From positions 672,001-736,000 of the forward strand of contig OZ219872.1 of assembly GCA_964291495.2 (NCBI GenBank): a stretch of DNA of 64,000 nt, read 5' to 3'. Origin of the DNA: Dehalococcoidia bacterium. GTDB lineage: Bacteria; Chloroflexota; Dehalococcoidia; UBA2979. The notes under the pieces were generated by a model, which did not search any database, was not told the origin of the DNA, and saw only the letters and a program-made list of their open reading frames with translations. The position numbers and the translations under genes were made by a program. Of the stretch, positions 18,678 to 29,234 are shown in pieces. Position 1 is the first letter of the stretch. Each line of letters opens with the position of its first letter.

Positions 18678-19642
18678 TGCGCCCCGCAACCACCACGGAC
18701 GTCGCGGACCTGCTCGACGGCATCCCCGGGGAGGCCGCCGCCGCCGCGAGCGGCGCGGCCGTCTCGTTACGACGGCTGCCTCCCCCGCGCGAGGCCTCGC
18801 GCGACCAGGCCGACCTGCTGGACGCGACGCTCTACGTCGCGCAGCCGCCCCCCGCGCGCGGCTGGGCGCTGCCCTCGCGCCGCGAGTTGCTGCTGACAGG
18901 CGTGCCGCCCGTGGCCGCCGCCCTGCTGGTGGTGCTGGTCTGGGAGCTCTGGATCCGCGTCCGCGAGGTGCCAATCTACCTCGCGCCCGCGCCCTCGCGG
19001 GTGATCGAGACGCTGAGCGAGGACCCCGCGCGCTTCATCGAGGCGGGCGGCGTCTCCGCGCAGCACGCGCTGGGCGGGCTGCTGCTCGGCGCCGGCAGCG
19101 CCTTCCTGCTCGGCGTGTTGATGGCGCACTCGCGCATCCTCGAGCGCTCGATCTACCCGCTCGCGATCCTCGTCAAGGTGACCCCGATCGTCGCGGTCGC
19201 GCCGCTGATCGTGATCTGGTTCGGCTTCGGTGTCTGGCCGAAGTTCATCGTCGCCGCGCTGATTACCTTCTTCCCGATGCTCGTCAACACGATCAGCGGG
19301 CTGCGATCGATCGACGCGGCGACGCACGACTTCTTCCTCGCGCTCGGCGCCTCGCGCTGGCAGGTGCTGTGGCGGCTGCGGCTGCCCTCGGCGCTGCCCT
19401 ACCTCTTCGCCGGGCTGCGGATCTCGATTCCGCTGGCGCTGATCGGCGCGGTGATCGCCGAGTGGATCCGCGCCGACTCCGGCGTCGGGCAGATGATCGT
19501 GATCGCGCACGGGGACTTCGACACGCCGACCCTGTTCGGCGCGATCATCGTGCTCGCGGTGATCGGCGTGGCGTTCACCGCGGCGCTCGCCCTGCTCGAG
19601 CGGCGGCTGCTCTTCTGGCACGACTCCGCGGCGGGACCGTAA
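18677..19642 (+). CDS. ABC transporter permease (NitT/TauT family)
   Basis: PIVAVAPLIVIWFGFG, LGASRWQVLWRLRLPSALPYLFAG; TGATG coupling. Confidence 0.9.
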
Positions 19643-19697
19643 GGCCGCCACCGCCGATGCTGGCGAGCGCGGGACTGGCCGAGGGAAGGCGAGACGG

Positions 19698-20735
19698 ATG
19701 AAGCAAGTGGCGGCGGGACGGCGTGCGGGCCGACGAGCGGCCGCGGTGCTGCTCGCGCTGCTGGCGCTCGGCGCGATCCTCGGGGCGGCCTGCGGCGACG
19801 ACGAGGGCGAGACCGAGCTGCGCGAGGTCACGTTCATGGCCGGCTTCCGGCCGCAGGCAACGCTGCCCTTCACCGCCGTCTACGTCGCCGACGCCCAGGG
19901 CTACTTCGCGGAGGAAGGCCTCGCCGTCACGATCGAGCACTCGACGCAGGGCGAGCACCTCCAGTTGCTGCTTGCCGGCGATGTCGACTTCACGACGGGC
20001 ACCGCCGCGCAGCTGATGCGGCGCCGCGCGGCCGAGACCCCGGTGCGCGCGGTCGCGCTGTTCGGGCAGCGCGGCGACCAGGGCTTCGTCGCGCACGCCG
20101 ACTCCGGCATCGAGACCCCCGCCGACTTCGCCGGCCGCAGCGTCGGCTTCAAGGCCGGCGTCGTGCCCGCCGAGCTGCTCGCGCTGCTGGCCACGGCAGG
20201 CCTCGAGGCGGACGACGTCGACCTGATCGGCGTGCCCTTCGACGAGCGCGTCTTCATCGAGGGCGGCGTCGACGTCTTCCCCGTCTTCCTCAGCAACGAG
20301 CCGAACCGCATCCGCACCGCCGGCTTCGAGATCAACGTCTTCGATCCCACCGAGTACGGCGTCGCCACGCTCGGGCTGAACATCCTCACGCACGAGGACA
20401 CGATCGCCGACGACCGCGACCTCGTGCAGGCGTTCGTGCGCGCCGCAATGCGCGGCGCGAACTACGCCGCGGCCAACATCGAGCACGCGATCGAGATCGT
20501 GCTCACCCACGCCGAGGGCGCCGACGCCTCGCACCAGCGCTACCTGCTGGAGACCGACCTGCGCAACGCGCAGCGCGCCAACGGCATGGGCCGCGCCACG
20601 CTCGACCAGTGGGAGGCGCTGCAGGCCGTCCTGCTCGAGTTCGATCCGGCCTTCGAGGGCCCGGTCGACGTCTCCACGGTCTTCGACGGCTCGTTCGTGG
20701 ACGCGATCTACAACGACGACGGCACGCTCAAGTGA
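19698..20735 (+). CDS. ABC substrate-binding lipoprotein, NMT1/THI5-like
   Basis: Lipobox GAAC; YVADAQGYFAEEGL; NEP motif. Confidence 0.88.
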   Translation: MKQVAAGRRAGRRAAAVLLALLALGAILGAACGDDEGETELREVTFMAGFRPQATLPFTAVYVADAQGYFAEEGLAVTIEHSTQGEHLQLLLAGDVDFTTGTAAQLMRRRAAETPVRAVALFGQRGDQGFVAHADSGIETPADFAGRSVGFKAGVVPAELLALLATAGLEADDVDLIGVPFDERVFIEGGVDVFPVFLSNEPNRIRTAGFEINVFDPTEYGVATLGLNILTHEDTIADDRDLVQAFVRAAMRGANYAAANIEHAIEIVLTHAEGADASHQRYLLETDLRNAQRANGMGRATLDQWEALQAVLLEFDPAFEGPVDVSTVFDGSFVDAIYNDDGTLK

Positions 20736-21724
20736 CCGAACGCGGGCCCGAGGCGGCGCCGCCGGGCATCGAGGAGATCCGGCGCGCGGCCGACGCGCTC
20801 GCGAGCCTGCTGCCGCTGCCGACGCCGCTGGTCTACTCGCCGGCGCTGTCCGAACGCCTCGAGGCGCACGTCTCGCTGAAGCTCGAGTTCGCCAACCCGA
20901 TCGGCGCGTTCAAGATCCGCGGCGGCGTCTTCCTGGCGGGCGAGCTCGCCGCGGAGCTGCGCTCCACCGGCCTCGTGACGGCCTCGACCGGCAACCACGG
21001 GCAGTCGATCGCCTACGCCGCCGGGCTGCACGGCCTGCGCGCGGTGGTCTTCGTGCCGGAGGGCGCGAACCCGGACAAGATCGCCTCGATGCGCCGGCTC
21101 GGCGCGGAGGTGCGCGAGCAGGGCGCGCGCTTCGACGCCGCCAACGCCGCCGCGCTCGAGTTCGCTGCAGAACGCGGGATGCGTTATGTCGCCGTCGACG
21201 AGCCCCTGCTGCTCGCGGGTGTCGCGACCGGCGCGCTCGAGGTGCTCGACCCGCAGGGCGGACAGCAGCCGGACACGGAGCTGGCCATCGTCCCGCTCGG
21301 CGCGGGCTCCGGCGCCTGCGGCTGGGTGCTGACGCGCGAAGGCCTCGGCGCGACCTGCGAGGTCTGGGCCGTCCAGTCGGCTCAGGCCCCCGCCGGGCAC
21401 GACTCCTGGCGCCTGGGCCGCATCGTCGAGCGCCCGGACGCGACGATGGCCGAGGGCGTGGCGACGGGCATCGGGTTCGAGGTCACGCAGGCGATCCTGC
21501 GCGAACGCCTGGACGACTTCCTGCTGGTGGAGGACGAGGCGATCGCCGCGGCCGTCGTCGAGCTGCTGGAGCAGGCGCATCTGCTGGTCGAACCGGCGGG
21601 CGCCACGCCACTCGCTGCCGCGAACCAGGCGCGCGAGCGGCTGGCGGGCCGCCGCGTGGTGCTGGTCCTGAGCGGGGCGAACATCACCCTGCCGCAGCTG
21701 CGCGCGTTCCTCGACGCGAACTGA
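20732..21724 (+). CDS. PLP-dependent threonine/serine dehydratase family protein
   Basis: GAFKIRG, STGNHG, EPAGA, LSGAN. Confidence 0.9.
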   Translation: MTERGPEAAPPGIEEIRRAADALASLLPLPTPLVYSPALSERLEAHVSLKLEFANPIGAFKIRGGVFLAGELAAELRSTGLVTASTGNHGQSIAYAAGLHGLRAVVFVPEGANPDKIASMRRLGAEVREQGARFDAANAAALEFAAERGMRYVAVDEPLLLAGVATGALEVLDPQGGQQPDTELAIVPLGAGSGACGWVLTREGLGATCEVWAVQSAQAPAGHDSWRLGRIVERPDATMAEGVATGIGFEVTQAILRERLDDFLLVEDEAIAAAVVELLEQAHLLVEPAGATPLAAANQARERLAGRRVVLVLSGANITLPQLRAFLDAN

Positions 21725-21763
21725 CCGGCAGGGGCGGAAGCAAGCGAGGACGGCGGCGGACGC

Positions 21764-23587
21764 CTAGCGCCGGATCCAGATGCTTCCGCTGGCGCGCTCG
21801 ACGTCGTCGAACAGGATCTCGAACGTCCAGCGACCCGCCTGGAGGCCGTCCTCGAACGGGAGGCCGACCCACCAGGTGCCGCTCTCGCCGCCGCGCCAGG
21901 GAACCTGCGGGGACTCGTAGGCGAGTTCGCCATCGTGGAAGACGCGCCAGCGCAGGCGCTCGGCCGTCGAGGCGCCCGAGTATTCAAAAAGCGCGAGCAG
22001 CTGCGGCGCGCCCGTCGTGGGCGGCTCGGCCTTGCCGGGCTCGACCCGGCTCATCGTCGAGCCGAAGCGCAACTGGCCGACCCACGGCGTGGGCGTCCAC
22101 ACGCCGACGTAGGCGCGGCCCGTGGCTCGCAGCTGGCCGTCGACCCACACCTCGAGCGTCCATCGGCCGTCGGGAATGCCGGAGCGGTTGGGCGAGGCGA
22201 GGCGATCCGATACGACGGCGAAGGGACCCTTCGTCCAGCGGTAGGTGGAGGAGAGGTGGTCCTGGAAGGCGTTGTAGTAGTACCAGAACTCCTGCACGAT
22301 CGCGCCGTTCGGGATGCCCTGCGCGACGAACTCGTACTGCAGCTCGCGCGTCCGCCAGGAGAAGCTCCGGCCGTAGTCGAAGAGGTTCCGCTCGCCGTCT
22401 TCCTCGATCACCTCGGCCGCGAACTGCGGCGCACCGATCACGATGCCGTCGGCGGGCGCGGCGAGCGAGGTGCCCGGCACGCCGCCGGGGTGCGAGAGCG
22501 GCGGCACGTAGGGCGCGTCGTCGCTTGTCTGGCGCGCCTCCTCGATCAGCGTTGCGGCGAGTTCAAGCGGGCGCACGTGCAGGATCGGCACGGTGGCGTC
22601 GTAGCTGGATTGCGCGGCGATGCCGATCAGGTCGCCGGCGCTGTTGAAGACCGCGGCGCCGCCGTAGCCGTGCGGGAGCAACGCGTCCGTCTTCAGCCAG
22701 GCGCGGTCGCCGAGCGCCGAATCGCCGCGCGCGCCTGCCAGGGTGGCCTCCGTGACCGTGACCGCCTGCGGTGTCTCGGCGCCCGAAGGGTGCAGCCCCG
22801 GATGCCCGAGGATCAGCAGCGAGTCACCGTTCGCCAGCACGCTCGAGTCGCCGATCCCGGCCGCCGGCAGCACGAGCAGCGCTCCGCCCGTGTTGCCGGA
22901 GCCTTCCTCCGTGGCGTCGCTCGCGACGGCGGCGGGTGGGCTGCCGATCTCGTCGAGCAGCCCCACGACGCGCAGCACCGCCAGCTCCGCGACCGGATCG
23001 ATCGCCGCGAGGACGGCGCTGTAGGCGACCACCGGCTCCTCACCCGGGATGGGGCTGACGGCGATGGCGATCTCCGAGTAGCGCCTCGTACCGTCCGCCT
23101 CGAACGGGGCGACCACGTGGGCGCTCGTCAGAATCAGTCCGTGTGCGACATCAATCACCACACCGCTGCCGTCGCGGACGATCGGCGGATTCCGTTCGAG
23201 ATCGGTGACGAGTACCTGCACGACGCTGCGCGCCAGCTTGGCGCGGAACTCGTCCGGGTCCGACTCGTCGCCTTGCACGGCATCGCTCGCGTCGTGGTCG
23301 TTCTGCTCGTCGGCGGTTGGAACGGCGACGGTGTCCTCGCCGGCGGCGGGCTGCAGCTCGGTGGGGATCAGCAGGGGTCCGGGAGTGGTAGAAGGAGTCG
23401 GCGTGGCGGTGGGCGCGGGGGTCGCGGCGGGAGCCGGCGTGGCAGCGGGCGCGGGGGTCGCGGCGGGCGCGACAGCCGTAGGCGTGGGTTCCTCGCCCGG
23501 GATCAGATCGGCCGCCTGCTCACAGCCGGCGGCCGCGACGGCGCCCGCCAACAGAGCGAAACACAACAACGTCCGACGAAGCACCAA
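21764..23587 (-). CDS. Lipoprotein with trypsin-like domain (catalytic Ser apparently lost) and C-terminal beta domains
   Basis: Lipobox AAGC, PAATPA linker, GSGVVI, ILTSAHVV, TDALLPHGYGGAA in place of GNSGG. Confidence 0.8.
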   Translation of the reverse strand: MVLRRTLLCFALLAGAVAAAGCEQAADLIPGEEPTPTAVAPAATPAPAATPAPAATPAPTATPTPSTTPGPLLIPTELQPAAGEDTVAVPTADEQNDHDASDAVQGDESDPDEFRAKLARSVVQVLVTDLERNPPIVRDGSGVVIDVAHGLILTSAHVVAPFEADGTRRYSEIAIAVSPIPGEEPVVAYSAVLAAIDPVAELAVLRVVGLLDEIGSPPAAVASDATEEGSGNTGGALLVLPAAGIGDSSVLANGDSLLILGHPGLHPSGAETPQAVTVTEATLAGARGDSALGDRAWLKTDALLPHGYGGAAVFNSAGDLIGIAAQSSYDATVPILHVRPLELAATLIEEARQTSDDAPYVPPLSHPGGVPGTSLAAPADGIVIGAPQFAAEVIEEDGERNLFDYGRSFSWRTRELQYEFVAQGIPNGAIVQEFWYYYNAFQDHLSSTYRWTKGPFAVVSDRLASPNRSGIPDGRWTLEVWVDGQLRATGRAYVGVWTPTPWVGQLRFGSTMSRVEPGKAEPPTTGAPQLLALFEYSGASTAERLRWRVFHDGELAYESPQVPWRGGESGTWWVGLPFEDGLQAGRWTFEILFDDVERASGSIWIRR

Positions 23588-23740
23588 AGCCCCCCAGGCG
23601 CTTGTCTCCGCCTCCGCGCACGGCGGCCAGCCGCCCCAAACCTACCGCGCTGGCCGTTACATGTCATCTCGGCACCGGTCACCGCGCGGTCGGAAGCGGC
23701 GGTTGTCGTACACTCCCCGGGCAGCGGGGAGGTCCCTCTC

Positions 23741-24556
23741 GTGCAGTGGCTGGACCGGATGCGGCCCCCGTCGGTCGCCGTCGTAGACCTGCAGGGAATG
23801 ATCGGGCCGGCGGTCCGTCCAATGGACTTCACGCGCCTCCTCGCGCGGCTGCGCGAGGACCAGTCGGTACGTGCCGTCGTCCTCAACATCGACTCGCCCG
23901 GCGGCACGGCGGTGGGCTCGGAGATGATCGCGCGCGCCGTGCGGCGGCTGCGCGAGGAGAAGCCGACCGCCGCCTTCATCGGCGGGATCGGCGCGTCCGG
24001 CGGCTACATGATCGCCGCCTCCTGCGAGCGGATCGTCGCCCTGCCCTCGGCGATCGTCGGCGCGATCGGCGTCATCTCCTACCGCCCGATCGTGCACGAG
24101 GCGCTCGATCGCCTCGGCGTGCAGATGCACGTCGGCAAGTCCGGCCGCCTCAAGGACATGCTCTCCCCGTTCCGCGAGCCCACCGAGGAGGAACGCGAGA
24201 AGGAGCAACGCCTGCTCGATTCGCTCTACGAGCTGTTCGTCGAGGGCGTCGCCAGCGATCGCGGCCTCGAGACCGACCACGTGCGCGAGCTCGCCACCGG
24301 CGAGGTCTACGCCGCCGCCGACGCCATCGAGCGCCAGCTGATCGACGACACCGGCGACCTCGACGACGCGATCGACTGGGCGGCGGAGCAGGCGCAGACA
24401 CCGAGGCGCGTGCGGCTGGTCCGCCCTCGCAAGGGCCTGCGCGGGCTGCTGCTCGGTCGCGCCTCGGCGGCGCTGGTCGCCGGCCTCCTCACGGAGCTGG
24501 ACTCCTCGTTGCCCTCGGGAGGGGGCTACGCGCTCTACACCGGTGGCCGGACGTGA
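23741..24556 (+). CDS. sppA: Signal peptide peptidase SppA (S49), short form
   Basis: NIDSPGG, ASGGYMIA, GAIGV, KSGRLKD; RBS GGGGAGG before GTG. Confidence 0.9.
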   Translation: MQWLDRMRPPSVAVVDLQGMIGPAVRPMDFTRLLARLREDQSVRAVVLNIDSPGGTAVGSEMIARAVRRLREEKPTAAFIGGIGASGGYMIAASCERIVALPSAIVGAIGVISYRPIVHEALDRLGVQMHVGKSGRLKDMLSPFREPTEEEREKEQRLLDSLYELFVEGVASDRGLETDHVRELATGEVYAAADAIERQLIDDTGDLDDAIDWAAEQAQTPRRVRLVRPRKGLRGLLLGRASAALVAGLLTELDSSLPSGGGYALYTGGRT

Positions 24557-25107
24557 TCATCCCGTTCGGCGGCAAGACCCCAGAGATCGCGGACAGCGCC
24601 TGGATCGCGCCCGGCGCGACTATCATCGGCGACGTCGTGATCGGCGAGCGCAGCTCGGTCTGGCCGGGCGCCGTGATCCGCGGCGACTACGCGCCGATCC
24701 GCATCGGCGCGGACGTGAGCGTGCAGGACAACGTCGTGATCCACAACGACGAGCCGCTGACGATCGGCGATGACGTCACGATCGGGCATGCCGTCGTCAT
24801 TCACTGCAAGGCGATCGGCGACGGCGTGCTGGTGGGCAACAACTCCACCGTGATGCCCGGCGCGGTGGTCGGCGAGAACTCGATCGTCGGGGCCGGCGCG
24901 CTGGTGCCTCCGAGGATGGAGACGCCGCCGAACTCGCTCGTGCTCGGCGTGCCGGGCAAGGTGCGCGAGGCCGCGCCGGACCGCATCGAGCGCCTCAAGC
25001 GCGAGTCCGAGGGCCCGATGCCGTACTCCGAGAACGCGGCGCGCTACCGCGCCGAAGGCATCGAGGATCGCACCGTCTGGACCCCTCCCGGGAGCGAAGC
25101 CACTTAA
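24553..25107 (+). CDS. Gamma carbonic anhydrase family protein
   Basis: Hexapeptide repeats, IRGD, VQDNVVIH, TIGHAVVIH, GVPGK. Confidence 0.9.
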   Translation: MIIPFGGKTPEIADSAWIAPGATIIGDVVIGERSSVWPGAVIRGDYAPIRIGADVSVQDNVVIHNDEPLTIGDDVTIGHAVVIHCKAIGDGVLVGNNSTVMPGAVVGENSIVGAGALVPPRMETPPNSLVLGVPGKVREAAPDRIERLKRESEGPMPYSENAARYRAEGIEDRTVWTPPGSEAT

Positions 25108-25197
25108 CGCTCCGGTTACGGTGCGCAGCCGTACGGTGGATCTGCGGCGCGCACGATTCGCAGCCGCTGTCCTCCCGGCAATCCACGGAGGTGCGCG

Positions 25198-26454
25198 ATG
25201 CGGCGAAGCACCTGGATCAACGCCATCGGGATGTCCATCGTCATCGTTGCCTCGATGACGCTTGGCGGCCTCCTGGCCGTGAATGTCACCGGCGACCGCG
25301 GGGACGCTGCGCCTCCGACGAGCGTCGCCGTCGCGACGGCCGCCCCCACGCCGGCGGCAACCGCACCGCCCGCGCCGACCCCAAGCCCCGCCGCCACCCC
25401 GACGCCCGCCGCAACTCCGATCGCAACTCCCACGGCGACCGCGCAGCCGAGCGAGACCCGCGAGGCCGCCGTCACGTCTGCGTCGGGCGGGGAACCGGCG
25501 GCGGCCCTGCCCGACCTGCCCGATCTGGTCGAGCAGGTGATGCCCTCGATCGTGCAGATCCGCGTCGGCAGCTCCGGCACGGGGAGCGGCATCGTGATCG
25601 ACCGCGACGGGCACATCCTCACGAACCGCCACGTGATCGAGAACGCCACCAGCATCGTCGTCGAGCTGCGCGACGGGACGACCGGGACGGCGGAGGTGAT
25701 GGGCGCCGACGCCGGGAACGACCTCGCGGTGATCCGTGCCGACCTGCCCGCCGAGTCCCTCACCCCGGCCGTGTTCGGTGACTCGAGCGCGGTCCGCGTG
25801 GGCGAGCCGGTGTTCGCCATCGGCAACCCGTTCGGGCTCGGGTTCACCGTGACCTCGGGGATCATCAGCGGCCTCGGGAGGGAGTCCGACGGCGAACCGG
25901 GCGGGCACCGCATCCGCGGCGTGCTGCAGACCGACGCCGCCGTGAACCCCGGCAACTCCGGAGGTCCACTCTTCAACGGCAGCGGCGAGGTGATCGGGAT
26001 CAACACGGCGCTCGAGAACCCCTACGGCCAGCGGGTGTTCGTAGGCGTCGGCTACGCGGTGCCCTCGAACACGGCGCTGCGCTTCATCCCCGCCCTCATC
26101 GCCGGCGAGGAGATCGAGCACCCGCAGCTCGGCATCTCCGGCATCGGGCTGGATGTGATCAGCGCCGAGGACGCCGGCGTCGACACCGTGCGAGGCGTCT
26201 ACATCACCCACGTCGTGCCGGACAGCGCCGCCGACGCCGCGGGCCTGATCGCGGCCTCGGAGGATGACGGCTCCGGCCTCGACCGCGGCGGCGACGTGAT
26301 CACGGCGATCGACGGCGTCGAGGTGAACGACGTCCAGGAGCTCGCCCGCATCATCGACAGTCATGACGTCGGCGACACGGTCACGCTGAAGGTGCTGCGC
26401 GACGGTCAGTCGATCACCGTCGAAGCCGAGCTGCGCGCCTGGATCACGAGCTGA
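25198..26454 (+). CDS. HtrA/DegP-like serine protease with PDZ domain
   Basis: TNRHVI, NDLAVI, QTDAAVNPGNSGGPL, GDVITAIDG. Confidence 0.93.
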   Translation: MRRSTWINAIGMSIVIVASMTLGGLLAVNVTGDRGDAAPPTSVAVATAAPTPAATAPPAPTPSPAATPTPAATPIATPTATAQPSETREAAVTSASGGEPAAALPDLPDLVEQVMPSIVQIRVGSSGTGSGIVIDRDGHILTNRHVIENATSIVVELRDGTTGTAEVMGADAGNDLAVIRADLPAESLTPAVFGDSSAVRVGEPVFAIGNPFGLGFTVTSGIISGLGRESDGEPGGHRIRGVLQTDAAVNPGNSGGPLFNGSGEVIGINTALENPYGQRVFVGVGYAVPSNTALRFIPALIAGEEIEHPQLGISGIGLDVISAEDAGVDTVRGVYITHVVPDSAADAAGLIAASEDDGSGLDRGGDVITAIDGVEVNDVQELARIIDSHDVGDTVTLKVLRDGQSITVEAELRAWITS

Positions 26455-26473
26455 CCCGACGCCCTCGAGGGAC

Positions 26474-27028
26474 TCAGCGCGCGGGCGGCAGCGGCAGCGG
26501 ACGTCCGGCGACCAGCAGCCACGCGCGATCGGCGGCGACGGCGACGCGCTGGTTCACGCGGCCCAGCAGATCGCGGTAGTGGCGGCCCAGCGGGTACTCC
26601 GGCACCAGCCCCGCGCCGACCTCGTTCGTCACCACGATCGTCTCGCCCTCGCGCGCGCGCGCGAGGGCGACCAGCCGCTCGACCTCGCAGTCCAGCTCGG
26701 CATCGAGGGCGGCGACATCGTCGAGAGTTGGCGCCTCGCCGAGCTCGATCAGGCGGTTGTTCACCCACAGCGAGAGGCAGTCGAGCAGCACGCACGAGGC
26801 GGCGTCGGCCGCGACGAGCGCGCTCACCGGGTCGCGAGGCGCCTCGATTGTGCGGGCGTCCGCCGGACGGTCCCGGCGGTGCGCCTCGATCCGGGCGGCC
26901 AGCTCCTCGTCGCTCGCGACCATGGTCACGAGGTAGACGAGCGGCCGGCCCGTCTCGCGCGCCAGTTGCTCCGCGAAGCGGCTCTTGCCGGAGCGTGCGC
27001 CCCCGGTGACGAAGCTGATCTCACCCAT
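26474..27028 (-). CDS. cobU: Adenosylcobinamide kinase / phosphate guanylyltransferase
   Basis: TGGARSGKSRFAE, LLDCLSLW, VTNEVGAG, YRDLLGRVNQ. Confidence 0.94.
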   Translation of the reverse strand: MGEISFVTGGARSGKSRFAEQLARETGRPLVYLVTMVASDEELAARIEAHRRDRPADARTIEAPRDPVSALVAADAASCVLLDCLSLWVNNRLIELGEAPTLDDVAALDAELDCEVERLVALARAREGETIVVTNEVGAGLVPEYPLGRHYRDLLGRVNQRVAVAADRAWLLVAGRPLPLPPAR

Positions 27029-27055
27029 GTGCGAACGTCGGGCCACGCACCCCGG

Positions 27056-27856
27056 TTACGTGAACAGCAGCGGGTCGAGCCAGCCCTCGGAGGAGGCGGC
27101 CACGAGCGCGATCAGCGTCGTCGCCTGGGCGATCTCGATCGCCGCGCCGTGGGTGTCGCCCGTCACGCCGTGGAGCATCCTCGCGGCGGCGGCGGAGAGG
27201 ATCAGCGCGCCCCCGAAGGCGACGAGCGGCAGCACCAACCCTCCGGCGCCGAACAACACGGCCGAGGCGGCGAAGGCGATCACGGCGGAGAGCGGGGCGG
27301 CCAGCGGCCAGGCGCCCTGCCGCAGCGCGAAGCCCAGCCCTCGAGGCCGCGCGGGCGGGAACAGCACCGCGATCGGCGCGACGGACCAGCGCGCCAGCGC
27401 CGGCGCGAGCACCAGGCCGGCGGTGCGCACGTCGCCATCGAGGGCGGCGAGCGCGGACCACTGCACGATCAGCACGATCACCAGCGCCATCACGCCCGCC
27501 GGGCCGACGTTGCCCGCGGCCATCACGCCCAGGCGCTGGGCGCGGTCACCTTGCAGCGCCATCCCGTCGGCGGTGTCGGCGACGCCGTCGAGGTGCAGCC
27601 CGGCGCTGATCACCGCGAGGAAGGCGATCAGCACGGCCGAGACGACGCCTCTCGGCAGCAGCTCGCCGAGCAGTGAGTCGATCAGAGCCAGGCACAGTCC
27701 GATCAGCAGGCCGACCGCCGGGTACCAGCCGAGCGCCCGCCCGAAGCTGCGGTCGTCCCAGGTCCGCACGGCGCGCAGCCGCAGCGGTGTGATGAACTCG
27801 AGGGCGATCAGCGCAGCCCCGAGTTGCGCGCGCAGTTCCGCGAAGGCGCCCATCAT
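27056..27856 (-). CDS. cobS: Adenosylcobinamide-GDP ribazoletransferase (cobalamin synthase)
   Basis: GLHLDGVADTADG, GVTGDTHGA; membrane protein. Confidence 0.93.
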   Translation of the reverse strand: MMGAFAELRAQLGAALIALEFITPLRLRAVRTWDDRSFGRALGWYPAVGLLIGLCLALIDSLLGELLPRGVVSAVLIAFLAVISAGLHLDGVADTADGMALQGDRAQRLGVMAAGNVGPAGVMALVIVLIVQWSALAALDGDVRTAGLVLAPALARWSVAPIAVLFPPARPRGLGFALRQGAWPLAAPLSAVIAFAASAVLFGAGGLVLPLVAFGGALILSAAAARMLHGVTGDTHGAAIEIAQATTLIALVAASSEGWLDPLLFT

Positions 27857-27879
27857 TCTCTCCTGACCTACCCGGCTCC

Positions 27880-28986
27880 TCAGCTGTGCGGCGAGGCGTC
27901 CGAGACTCCAGCCTCGCCGAAGGTCGCCATCTCGTCGAGCACGCGGCAGGCGGCGACGCAGAGCGAGATGCCGAGCGCGGCGCCGCTCCCCTCGCCGAGC
28001 CGCATCCCGAGGTCGAGCAGCGGCTCGGTCTCGAGCGCCTCGAGCACCGCCGCGTGCCCCGGCTCGGGCGAGCGGTGCGAGGCGACGACGTAGTCTCGCA
28101 CGTCGGGCGCGATCGCCGCAGCGATCAGCGCGGCGGCTCCGGAGATCAGGCCGTCCATCACCGCCGGGATCCGCACCGCCGCCGCTCCGAGATAGACCCC
28201 CGCCAGCACGCCGATCTCGTGCCCGCCGAGCGCCGCGAGCAGCGCGACGCCGTCCGCGGGGTCTGGACGGTTCGCGGCGAGCGCGGCCTCGACGGCGGCG
28301 ATCTTGGCGCGCAATGCCGTGCCCTCGACGCCGCTGCCACGCCCGGTCACGGCCTCGGCGGGCCGTCCGGTGACGGCTGCGATCAGCGCCGCGGCCGCCG
28401 TGCTATTGCCGATGCCCATCTCGCCGCAGCCGACGATGTCGAGCCCCGCTCCCGCGCGCTCCTCCTCGACTAGCGCGATGCCGGCGGCGATCGCGCGCTC
28501 GGCGGTCTCACGGCTCATCGCCGGGCCCTCGGTGATGTCGCCGCTGCCGCGCGGCAGGTCGAGGCGCACAAGCTCCGTGCTGCCTGAACGCCCGGCCGGC
28601 GCATCGGGCGCCGACAGCACACCGGAGTCGACGACGCGCACGCGCGCCCCCGCGTGGTCGGCGAGCACGTTGATGGCCGCGCCCCCCGCGAGGAAGTTCG
28701 CGACCATCTGCGCCGTCACCTCGGGCGGGTATGCGGAGACGCCTCGGGCAGCCACGCCGTGGTCGGCGGCAGCCACCACCACCAGCCGCAGCTCCAGCCG
28801 CGGACGCGCGCAGCCGCGCATCCCGGCGATGCGCACGGCGAGCTCCTCGAGCCGTCCGAGCGCGCCCGGCGGCTTCGTCAACTGGTCCTGGCGGGCGCGC
28901 GCCGCTGCGGCGGCAGCGGCGTCGGGGGGCGCGATCGCTGCGACGGCGTCGGCGATCCGGGCGGCGGGGTCCGATCGGGACGGCAT
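27880..28986 (-). CDS. cobT: Nicotinate-nucleotide-dimethylbenzimidazole phosphoribosyltransferase
   Basis: LTKPPGALGRLE, ADHGV, GEMGIGNST, MRLGEGSGA. Confidence 0.95.
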   Translation of the reverse strand: MPSRSDPAARIADAVAAIAPPDAAAAAAARARQDQLTKPPGALGRLEELAVRIAGMRGCARPRLELRLVVVAAADHGVAARGVSAYPPEVTAQMVANFLAGGAAINVLADHAGARVRVVDSGVLSAPDAPAGRSGSTELVRLDLPRGSGDITEGPAMSRETAERAIAAGIALVEEERAGAGLDIVGCGEMGIGNSTAAAALIAAVTGRPAEAVTGRGSGVEGTALRAKIAAVEAALAANRPDPADGVALLAALGGHEIGVLAGVYLGAAAVRIPAVMDGLISGAAALIAAAIAPDVRDYVVASHRSPEPGHAAVLEALETEPLLDLGMRLGEGSGAALGISLCVAACRVLDEMATFGEAGVSDASPHS

Positions 28987-29144
28987 AGGGCACTCCGGCG
29001 CGCACGCCCCGCGGGGCGTGTGCGGTCCGCGCGCAGTATGCCGTCCGGGCCTCGCAGAGGGCTATCGCGTTCGATTATGACGACCGATTTGTGCGAAATC
29101 GCACGATTTTCGCCGGATCCGGCCGGTTTCCGATTGTGAAATGC

Positions 29145-29172
29145 TTGACAAACGAGGAACGGGCCGTATGAT
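29145..29172 (+). promoter_or_regulatory. Sigma70-type promoter upstream of the riboswitch
   Basis: TTGACA (29145) - 16 bp - TATGAT (29167). Confidence 0.7.
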
Positions 29173-29234
29173 CCGCGCGTCACAAGCCAATACAAACGGT
29201 TTGTGACGGGGCGCGTTGGCCCTCAGCCTCGATG

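Noticed and set aside
23395-23475. 18-bp tandem repeats (also around 25330-25445)
   Set aside because: Encode ordinary Pro/Ala/Thr linkers of exported proteins
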